DNA of 43,968 nucleotides from a virus (taxonomy: Duplodnaviria; Heunggongvirae; Uroviricota; Caudoviricetes). A model generated the notes under the pieces. It made no database searches and was not told the DNA's origin. It saw nothing but the letters and a program-made list of their open reading frames with translations. A program made the translations under genes and the position numbers. Location: the IMG/VR virus record IMGVR_UViG_3300045988_181214. The stretch is one strand, 5' to 3'. This document shows, one piece after another, positions 9,604-16,659 of this stretch; position 1 is the first letter of the stretch, and each line of letters opens with the position of its first letter.

Positions 9604-10029
9604 TTATGCGATGTCTTTGTATTCGTCGATGGCATTGAAGCAAGGACACATCTTCTTCCATTTGGACTTGTCCTTGCCCCAGATGTCACGATGGCCCATT
9701 ATCTGGGCATCTGGGAATTGTTGCTTCAGTTTGTGGAGTAGCAAAACGAGGGCGTCTTTTTGCTCTGGTGTGCGGTTGTCGATAGCCTTGCCCTTAGCGT
9801 CGATGCCACCGATATAGGCGACGTTGATGGCTGTGGAGTTGTAGCCCTGCACGCCGTTGCTCACCTTTTCGATGGCTAGGAGTTGGTGGATGCCGCCGTT
9901 TGGGGCGATGACGTAGTGATAACCTGGATTGGTCCAGCCCTTGCGGCGGAACTCTGCCTTGAGGTCGTCGATGGACTGGCTTTGCGACCCTGCGGTGCAG
10001 TGAACGAAAATGCGTTTAATCTGTCTCAT
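9604..10029 (-). CDS. N-acetylmuramoyl-L-alanine amidase (endolysin)
   Basis: 141 aa from ATG; motifs IFVHCTAG, GYHYVI, NSTAINVAYIGG, HRDI...CPC typical of amidase_2/PGRP-type lysins. Confidence 0.75.
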   Translation of the reverse strand: MRQIKRIFVHCTAGSQSQSIDDLKAEFRRKGWTNPGYHYVIAPNGGIHQLLAIEKVSNGVQGYNSTAINVAYIGGIDAKGKAIDNRTPEQKDALVLLLHKLKQQFPDAQIMGHRDIWGKDKSKWKKMCPCFNAIDEYKDIA

Positions 10030-10270
10030 TATTTTGCTTGTTATGATTGAACAATTTGTTTTTGATGTTGTCGAACTTGGCATCGATGGCGATGGCTACG
10101 CCGAAGATGGAGCCGGCATACATGAGCGACTGGGCAAAGTACCAGAGCACATTGTCGGTGACATCACGAGCCTGGGAGGTGAAGTAACTGATGTAAACCA
10201 GTATGATGGCGAGGAGGAGCACGGCGATGGCTGAGCCGTATTGTATCCATTCTTTAGTATTTCTCTGCAT
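10016..10270 (-). CDS. Holin
   Basis: 84-aa protein with two hydrophobic helices and a charged C-terminus; overlaps the start of the amidase gene. Confidence 0.6.
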   Translation of the reverse strand: MQRNTKEWIQYGSAIAVLLLAIILVYISYFTSQARDVTDNVLWYFAQSLMYAGSIFGVAIAIDAKFDNIKNKLFNHNKQNNETD

Positions 10271-10297
10271 GGTGAATCTTGTTTTTGTTTTACAGTG

Positions 10298-10305
10298 CAA
10301 AGATA
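10298..10305 (-). promoter_or_regulatory. -7 promoter element (TAtcTTTG) for the lysis cassette
   Basis: Minus-strand TTATCTTTGCACT 28 nt upstream of holin ATG. Confidence 0.45.
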
Positions 10306-10320
10306 AGAAGGGTAGGGTGA

Positions 10321-10358
10321 TAATAAAAATACGAGACCGCCCTAACGATCTCGTATTA
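10321..10358 (-). terminator. Intrinsic terminator hairpin with T-tract
   Basis: Stem ATACGAGA / TCTCGTAT with a 12-nt loop, followed on the minus strand by TTTTTATTAT; shares an identical 20-mer with 7809-7828. Confidence 0.5.
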
Positions 10359-10370
10359 TATGTTTAACTG

Positions 10371-10778
10371 TTAGACCTCTCTTGAGAGAATCTCCTTGGC
10401 TATCTCTTTGGCCTCTTTGCGCCACGACTGATAAGCCTCGAACTCTGCCTCGTGAGTCTCGTCGCCATCGCCACGGTTGGCTAGGATGGCCTCTACCTGG
10501 TTTTGGCTGTATCGGGTGCGAACCAAACCAGCGGTGAAATCGTCGTAGGTGGCTGCGGTCGCCTGAATCTTGGTCGAGCCATCAGGCTCTGTGCCCTCAT
10601 AGCTGTAAGCAGTGACACCCTCGGAGTTTTCATCTTCTGACTGCTCTGAGGTATCGGAAGAGCCTGTAGCGGCCTCAGGGTGATAGTTTTCAACTTTCTG
10701 CTCACCAGTGTAGAGCAGATAATGGTTATCGTCATATTTGACGAAGCTCTTGCGAGCTAGATAATACTTCTTGTTCAT
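10371..10778 (-). CDS. Hypothetical acidic protein co-transcribed downstream of the DGR RT
   Basis: 135-aa ORF, ATG start 7 nt after RT stop; Asp/Glu-rich; no recognisable motif. Confidence 0.5.
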   Translation of the reverse strand: MNKKYYLARKSFVKYDDNHYLLYTGEQKVENYHPEAATGSSDTSEQSEDENSEGVTAYSYEGTEPDGSTKIQATAATYDDFTAGLVRTRYSQNQVEAILANRGDGDETHEAEFEAYQSWRKEAKEIAKEILSREV

Positions 10779-10784
10779 AATTGA

Positions 10785-12359
10785 TCACGTGAATTTATAG
10801 AACTTCTTTTTGAATTTATTGTGAAGCTCTGCGACCACGGTGGAGAAGGGTAGCTCATCACGACAGAAGTCGTTGAGGGCTTGGTCTATCAAGATCTTGG
10901 AGCCTGTATAGAGGTAGTGCTCCAGAGGTTGCCATACCTCGGTGCCGTCTGGCTCCAGGTGGTCGATGATGCGATAGCGTAGGGAGAGGCGCTTCTTGGG
11001 CACCTCTTTGGTGACCATGTGGGTGGAGCCGTCCGGGGCGGTCTCCTCTTGCTGGATGGTCTCCTTCTCTATCACCGAGTCATCGACCTTGTAGTCTATC
11101 ACTTGAACGAGGAACTTGTTCTCGTCCTGACCCTCACGGCAGATGATGTCCTCGATGGACTGCTGCTGTGATTTCTCCATACCGTCAAAAGGCACGCGCG
11201 CACGGCGAGCCTTGACGAGTTTACCGAATCTTTCCATACCGATTTTCTTATATAAGTTTTTAGAGTTTGCGTGGATGCCCAGACCTAGGCGAGAGGCTGC
11301 CTTGAGCTGTATCTGGCGGTCTGTGAAGCCCGCCTTGCGTAAGTTGGCGATCTGTCTGCAGAGGTCGTGCTTGAACCGCTTGCGCAACAGGGCGTGGTCG
11401 GCGTAGATGATCTGACCGCATAAGTCGATGCCATCGCAGGTGCGGTGGATACCCCAAGACTTATTGATGGATAGGTGCCAGTCACGGGCGAGGTGCATCA
11501 CGGCAAGCTCTGCCATCAGCCTGAGGAACACCTTATCCTCGTGGAGGATGTAGATGTTGTCCATGAAGCGGTAATAATGGCGAAGACCTTGGCGGCAGAA
11601 GCGCTCGAACCTATCGTTGAGCGACTTCACTCCCCCGCATAGCAGTTGAGCTTGCTGCTGAGTGCGACAGGTAACGAGCATGTCGCTCACGTAGCGAGCC
11701 TGCCAGTAACGGAACTTGTCGGTGTCTTGGAGAATGTCGAAGCATCGGAGTGCCAGGTAATCGAAGCGGGCGAGGAAGAGCTGACCCAAGAGTTGGGCGA
11801 GCTTGACGCCGAGCACGATGCCTGGATTGAAGCTATCGACCACCTCGTCGATGAAGGCGAGGAGCTTGCGGTCTTTGATCTTGCGGCGATATTCACTTTT
11901 GAGAAGAGCGTGGTCTATGCTCTGAAAATAATGGTGAATATCCATGGGCAAGCAGTAGAAGGTATCTTGCTGTGGCGAGTTGAAGATGTCTCGCTTGACA
12001 AGATTATAGAAATAATGGGTGCCCTTGCCCTTGGAACCAGCCGGACTGTGGCTGTAGAGTGTCTTGCGAAGGTTATCCTCTACAGGTTGCAGGGCAGCGT
12101 GCTGGATGACGTGGTCGATAACGGGCAGCTTGTTGACTTGGCGATGTTTTGGATAGTCGATATCTTTGGCGACATAGGCTGAGGTATGCCAAGTTTGTTG
12201 GGTGTAAGCATCGAGCATGCGTCCGATGTTATGGTCTAGGTTTGCCTCGAATTTTTGGACCGCACGGCGAGACATCTTTTGTCGGGCGTAGTCATAGAAT
12301 GCCCGACGAAAGTTGTCTAGTGTCTCGACCTGTAGCGATATGTTGCCAAACCTTTTCAT
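10785..12359 (-). CDS. Reverse transcriptase (DGR-type), catalytic motif non-canonical
   Basis: 524 aa from first ATG (track ORF starts at GTG 12428); RT motif 2 SPAGSKGKGTHY, motif A LPMDIHHYFQSIDH, motif B-like GIVLGVKLAQLLGQLFLARFD; sits 208 bp downstream of the template repeat. Confidence 0.8.
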   Translation of the reverse strand: MKRFGNISLQVETLDNFRRAFYDYARQKMSRRAVQKFEANLDHNIGRMLDAYTQQTWHTSAYVAKDIDYPKHRQVNKLPVIDHVIQHAALQPVEDNLRKTLYSHSPAGSKGKGTHYFYNLVKRDIFNSPQQDTFYCLPMDIHHYFQSIDHALLKSEYRRKIKDRKLLAFIDEVVDSFNPGIVLGVKLAQLLGQLFLARFDYLALRCFDILQDTDKFRYWQARYVSDMLVTCRTQQQAQLLCGGVKSLNDRFERFCRQGLRHYYRFMDNIYILHEDKVFLRLMAELAVMHLARDWHLSINKSWGIHRTCDGIDLCGQIIYADHALLRKRFKHDLCRQIANLRKAGFTDRQIQLKAASRLGLGIHANSKNLYKKIGMERFGKLVKARRARVPFDGMEKSQQQSIEDIICREGQDENKFLVQVIDYKVDDSVIEKETIQQEETAPDGSTHMVTKEVPKKRLSLRYRIIDHLEPDGTEVWQPLEHYLYTGSKILIDQALNDFCRDELPFSTVVAELHNKFKKKFYKFT

Positions 12360-12567
12360 AAGCGGTGTAATGTCTGTGTTGAACGGTGTATAAACTGTGT
12401 ATAGTCTGAATCGTCTGCTTTTGTACACTTGATAACCTTCGACCGGATGACCGTGTTGTCATCATCTACCAGCTGTCTTATTAATGTGTATGTATCGCCA
12501 TGGGGCGAGGATTGACCCTGTAATCTCGAAGTGGGAGCAAACGACCCACGAAGAGATATGTCTGTAA

Positions 12568-12689
12568 GTTGAGGGCGGCGCCGTAGTTCACATTGGCATT
12601 CGAGACAGCATTGTTCACGTTGAGCGTTGAAAGACCGCATTGACCACCATTGTTAGCGTTAGCACCACGAAGGCAGACACGAAAACCGG
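12568..12689 (-). repeat. DGR template repeat (TR), noncoding
   Basis: 122 bp matching 12979-13100 at constant offset 411 with no indels; 9 mismatches, all at T on the plus strand (A on the transcribed strand); Asn (AAC)-rich in the target frame. Confidence 0.85.
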
Positions 12690-12723
12690 CACCTAGGGTC
12701 ACACCCTGGTATCATAACCGCCG

Positions 12724-12731
12724 CAAAGGTA
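12724..12731 (-). promoter_or_regulatory. -7 promoter element (TAccTTTG) upstream of TR-RT
   Basis: Minus-strand ATTTTTATTACCTTTGCGG ~35 nt upstream of the TR. Confidence 0.45.
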
Positions 12732-12927
12732 ATAAAAATAATCGGTATGGAAGCATGTCAAAGAGCTTTTTTGATGTTTTTATTGATATTTTTTTTGTCG
12801 CCGACCGCCACAGGCGGTAACTTAAGGCGAGCTACGCTCGCTGGGTGCTTCGGCTTCGCCGAGGGTGCTCAGGTCTCTTTTGCACACCCAGTAAACCGAT
12901 GCACACCCAGCAAACTGATGTAGTCTC

Positions 12928-14400
12928 TTAGGCCGCCTCGTAATACACGGGTTCAACGGACCACTCGGATGCTGCTTCGCAGAGGGCGGCGCCGCAGTTC
13001 ACATAGGCATTCGAGACAGCATTGTTCACGTCGAGCGTAGAAAGACCGCATTGACCACCATCGTAAGCGCTAGCACCACGAAGGCAGACACGAAAACCGG
13101 ATGTAGCACCAGACGTATTCCAGAAATAGCTAGTCCAGTAGGTTGACTCGGATGCGCCCGTAGCGGTCGGGAAGTTCTCTAGATGCTCCATCGAGAGCGT
13201 CTTGATATAGCCTTCGCCCTTGGTCGGCGAGGTGCTGTAAGCCACCATGCCATCGGTGGAACCTATCGTCCACGTGCCGTAGATGGACGGTGCCACGAGA
13301 TGGGTCACGGAAGTGTCCTCGTTGCAACGCACCTGCTCGTCATCCATGTGTCGCCACAATAAGCCGAAGCCATTTTTGTAGCCGAAGAAGGATGGTATCT
13401 TGGCGGTATAGACCACGGTGCCATCGTCTTTTTTGACCTCGTAGCTCGCCTCGCCGCAAGCGTCGCCAAGCTCGATGCCAGCCGACATCGGCACGACAGG
13501 GCGATAGCCGTTGTAACCACCCCAATCAGGCATCTGTGTCACGCCAGCGCCGAGACCACCCTGGTAGAGACCGTTGGCATCTTTTTGGCTGTTGACGGCA
13601 TCCTGGTCGTAGTGGGTGCCGAAGATGACCCCGAAGAGCACGGAGATGGCAGAGGTGTGGCGCATGGTGGTGCAGAGCCAGCCTGTGCCGTTTTTGCGGG
13701 CAGCAGCACGCCAGTATTCGGTAGTCTGGTTGGTGGCAGCCTTGCCCAGCATGGTGCGGTTGGTGTTATCTAACGTGGAGTCGTTGTTGCCGCCTCGGTA
13801 GTTTGTGCCCTCGTTGATGTAGCTCACCAGCTTGCCTGTGCTGCGCTCTAGCGTGGCGAAGCCAGCGGCGGAGATGCTGCCCACAGGTATCTTGTAATTG
13901 TACTCGCCTGGTATCGGCGTAGGGCTGACCATCTCGTAATGGAGTCTGCCCACGGTCTTGATGACCATGTACCACTCCTTGCCCCAGCCCCACTGGTAGT
14001 GCCCCTCTGAGCCATCGAGCTTGGCTGTCTCGCCGGTGGCATACTTGTGGTGGTCTTTGGAGTCGAGCTTGCGACGGGAGTGGTCATTCTTGACCAGATA
14101 ACAGCCCAGACCCAGCTCCGTTGGTAGGGTCTGCAGTAACTCTAGCGAGCCCACATAAGTGGCGGCTTTAGGGGTTGCATTGTCGAGGTTCCACACTCGA
14201 CCACACCAAGGATGCTGTCCCATTTGGACGGCGCTTTTGAGCGACATCTGCTCAGACCTGCCGGATTTTTTGTCGAAGACCTCGACAATCTTGTCAGTGG
14301 CGCTCATGTCTGACTGTGGGAGGTCGTCAACCTGTTGACCTCCATCGAAAGCGGCTATGATAGCCTTGAGCTTACTCTCTTCTTCTGATGTTAATGCCAT
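12928..14400 (-). CDS. DGR target protein: tail-fibre / receptor-binding protein with C-terminal variable region
   Basis: 490 aa from ATG (track ORF extends to 14448); VR occupies the last ~40 codons; lies within the tail-fibre gene block. Confidence 0.75.
   Translation of the reverse strand: MALTSEEESKLKAIIAAFDGGQQVDDLPQSDMSATDKIVEVFDKKSGRSEQMSLKSAVQMGQHPWCGRVWNLDNATPKAATYVGSLELLQTLPTELGLGCYLVKNDHSRRKLDSKDHHKYATGETAKLDGSEGHYQWGWGKEWYMVIKTVGRLHYEMVSPTPIPGEYNYKIPVGSISAAGFATLERSTGKLVSYINEGTNYRGGNNDSTLDNTNRTMLGKAATNQTTEYWRAAARKNGTGWLCTTMRHTSAISVLFGVIFGTHYDQDAVNSQKDANGLYQGGLGAGVTQMPDWGGYNGYRPVVPMSAGIELGDACGEASYEVKKDDGTVVYTAKIPSFFGYKNGFGLLWRHMDDEQVRCNEDTSVTHLVAPSIYGTWTIGSTDGMVAYSTSPTKGEGYIKTLSMEHLENFPTATGASESTYWTSYFWNTSGATSGFRVCLRGASAYDGGQCGLSTLDVNNAVSNAYVNCGAALCEAASEWSVEPVYYEAA
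12979..13100 (-). repeat. DGR variable repeat (VR) at the 3' end of the target gene
   Basis: Encodes the C-terminal ...GFRVCLRGASAYDGGQCGLSTLDVNNAVSNAYVNCGAALC of the target; matches the TR except at template-adenine positions; GC-rich 3' end GCGGCGCCGCCC (IMH-like). Confidence 0.85.
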
Positions 14401-14422
14401 AATAAAAATTATATTTAATCGA

Positions 14423-15187
14423 TTAAACAATGCGTAATTTATCACCAACTTTTCTAAGCTTGCCCGATGCCGACAGGCGAAGGCGAGGCTGGCGCACGGT
14501 GATGCTGACCTCTTGCCAGAGCGGTGTGTTGGCGGTGGGGATGACCCAGAACTTGGTGGTGCCCTCGCCCTTGATGATGAGGTTGCCGCTTGGGTCTGCC
14601 ACGAGCGAGTCGCCCTCGGCTCGCTGGAAGAGCACGCTCTGAGGGAGGTAGCTCGGCAGGATCTGCACGGCGATGCGCAGAGCCACCTTGTTGCGTAGGC
14701 TTATCTCGGGGAGATAGGTCAGGTTCATGCGAGCTGGCGCGATGAAGCCTGTGGTTATCTGAGCGGCGAGACCATCCATCTGCGCTATCTTGGCATCGGC
14801 TCGCTTGGATGCCGCGTCAGCCTCTGCAGCCTTGGTCTCTGCCAAGGCTGCCTGTGATGCTGCAGCCTCGCCCTGCTCGCCAGCCGCCTTGGCTGCGCTC
14901 TGGGCGAGGTTAGCCGCCTTGTTGGCATCGTCGGCCGCACCCTGCGCTCTGACGGTCGGTGTCTTGTCGAGCCACAAGCGCCACTTGGCGTTGGTATCTG
15001 AAGGAGTCGTCGTGTTGCCATCCTCTAGGGAGGCGAAGACTCCTGACGATGTGTGAACGATGTCGCCCTCGTCGTAGCCCTTGACGGTCTGGCCATCCTC
15101 ATCTTGATAGGAGTAGCCCGACTGCCAGGTGCCCTGGTCGGTGAAGGCGACATTGCCCACGATAATGATGTTTGTGTTATCTGCCAT
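14423..15187 (-). CDS. Tail fibre-associated protein (Ala/Gln-rich coiled region)
   Basis: 254-aa ORF, ATG start; central AAKAAGEQGEAAASQAALAETKAAEADAASKRADAKIA repeat-like segment. Confidence 0.5.
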   Translation of the reverse strand: MADNTNIIIVGNVAFTDQGTWQSGYSYQDEDGQTVKGYDEGDIVHTSSGVFASLEDGNTTTPSDTNAKWRLWLDKTPTVRAQGAADDANKAANLAQSAAKAAGEQGEAAASQAALAETKAAEADAASKRADAKIAQMDGLAAQITTGFIAPARMNLTYLPEISLRNKVALRIAVQILPSYLPQSVLFQRAEGDSLVADPSGNLIIKGEGTTKFWVIPTANTPLWQEVSITVRQPRLRLSASGKLRKVGDKLRIV

Positions 15188-15193
15188 AATGAT

Positions 15194-16036
15194 TTATACT
15201 TTAATGACTAACTTGTTTCTGCGCTTGACAACGTGTTCAGCGACATGACTGCCGTAGTCGATCATGAGGAGTTTGTTGCGCCGTTGACGGAACGCCGGAT
15301 ACATGGCACCGCCTCGGGCGATGACTCCTGTATCGACATAGGTGTGCTTGGAGAGATCCCACTGCCACCAGTTGCCGTTGTCGCCCATCTTGGGTGGATG
15401 GTCGTTGAGCTCCTGGGCTAGGTTGGTCTGCTTCTCGCTCTCGGTGAGGGCTGTGAGCGTATCATCGATGCGCTTGTTCTCGGCGGTGACACGACCCGCC
15501 TCGGCGGCTATGCGAGCATTTTCGGCTGTCGCTCGCTTGATCTCTGAATCCATGCGAGCTTGCTCTTGGGACTGTCGGGTCTGCTCGGCAGCTTGTCTCT
15601 TGGCCTCGTTGCTCTCAATGGCAGCCTTGGAAGAGAGCGTGGCTTCGGTCGCCTGTTTGGCAGCCTCGGTCTGCGACTTGCTGGCACTGACCGCATCCTC
15701 TACCTTTTTGCGTTCGGCGGTGAAGTCAGTTGTCGCCTTGTTGACGCTAGCCGCCGCATCGTTGGCTTTGCCAGCTGCGGTGTTGGCCTCCTCTGTCGCC
15801 TGTTTCGCCTCCTCGATGCGGATATCCACATCTTTAGTCAAGAGTGACAGCGGTGCGATGACTTGCTTTTGCACACCGTCTTTGCTGTAGAGGGCGGGCA
15901 TCGTACTGATGCCATCGAGCGAGGTGGCGAGCTCGCAAGAGAAGATGTTCTTGCTGTGCCGCTGTAGATATTCGTTGAACTTAGGTAAGAGCCGGGCGCA
16001 TAGCGCCTCGAACTCTGTGTCATTCTCTATGCCCAT
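15194..16036 (-). CDS. Tail fibre-associated coiled-coil protein
   Basis: 280-aa ORF, ATG start; long Ala/Glu/Lys/Thr-rich coiled-coil. Confidence 0.5.
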   Translation of the reverse strand: MGIENDTEFEALCARLLPKFNEYLQRHSKNIFSCELATSLDGISTMPALYSKDGVQKQVIAPLSLLTKDVDIRIEEAKQATEEANTAAGKANDAAASVNKATTDFTAERKKVEDAVSASKSQTEAAKQATEATLSSKAAIESNEAKRQAAEQTRQSQEQARMDSEIKRATAENARIAAEAGRVTAENKRIDDTLTALTESEKQTNLAQELNDHPPKMGDNGNWWQWDLSKHTYVDTGVIARGGAMYPAFRQRRNKLLMIDYGSHVAEHVVKRRNKLVIKV

Positions 16037-16039
16037 AGG

Positions 16040-16336
16040 CTATGATTTTAAGATGTCCTGTTTCCACTCGGCAATCTTGGCGAAGACAGCCCCTGCCTCT
16101 TCATCGCTCAGCACGGCAGTGTTGATGCGACATGAGAGGTTGGTATCCATAAAGCTGATGTATCCAGCACCGCTCTCGGAGGCTGGTGCATCATCTTTGG
16201 ACTCTGTACGTTTATAGACCTCACCGGAAAAAGAGACCTTGTCATCTCGCTTTGTCTTGGTGAACTTGACGAAAACGCCTGTAACAACCTCAATCTCCTG
16301 GATGTCGGTTGTCGTAACTGTTGACTCTACCTTCAT
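16040..16336 (-). CDS. Hypothetical phage protein
   Basis: 98-aa ORF, ATG start, tightly packed in operon. Confidence 0.45.
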   Translation of the reverse strand: MKVESTVTTTDIQEIEVVTGVFVKFTKTKRDDKVSFSGEVYKRTESKDDAPASESGAGYISFMDTNLSCRINTAVLSDEEAGAVFAKIAEWKQDILKS

Positions 16337-16338
16337 AA

Positions 16339-16641
16339 TTAATCTTGCTCTATTAGTTTAACAATCTGACAATATACCCCTGGCACCAAGGAAGCCTTGG
16401 CGACCTCTTTGATCATGGTTAAGTCTTCGGTCGTACACTCGACCTCACTTGGTTTAGTGTGCATCTGCACACTCAGGTTGTAGGCTCTCTTAAGAGACTC
16501 ATCATCAGCCTTGACGCTGTTATTGCTTCCGTTGAACAGATGAAGTCCGAGCACCTCATTCATCATCTGAGGCTGTCCGTTGCTGTCTGTCATCACCCCG
16601 CCCCTGTAGTTACGGATGGCGACCTTAAAATTTCTTTTCAT
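16339..16641 (-). CDS. Hypothetical phage protein
   Basis: 100-aa ORF, ATG start, 18 nt downstream of the large tail protein gene. Confidence 0.45.
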   Translation of the reverse strand: MKRNFKVAIRNYRGGVMTDSNGQPQMMNEVLGLHLFNGSNNSVKADDESLKRAYNLSVQMHTKPSEVECTTEDLTMIKEVAKASLVPGVYCQIVKLIEQD

Positions 16642-16659
16642 ATCTGTCTAAGTTTAAAA

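Noticed and set aside
10371-10778. 135-aa ORF considered as the DGR accessory protein Avd
   Set aside because: It is strongly acidic and lies downstream of the RT, whereas Avd is small, basic and normally sits between target and TR; kept as hypothetical.
12356-12702. Two minus-strand ORFs (94 aa and 73 aa) overlapping the template repeat, one encoding a peptide resembling the target C-terminus
   Set aside because: The similarity comes from TR/VR nucleotide homology; the TR is a noncoding template and these ORFs lack independent support.
12887-12920. Short direct repeats (GCACACCCAG x2) and other local repeats checked as a possible CRISPR array
   Set aside because: Only two copies, no regular repeat-spacer periodicity; no CRISPR array is present anywhere in the window.
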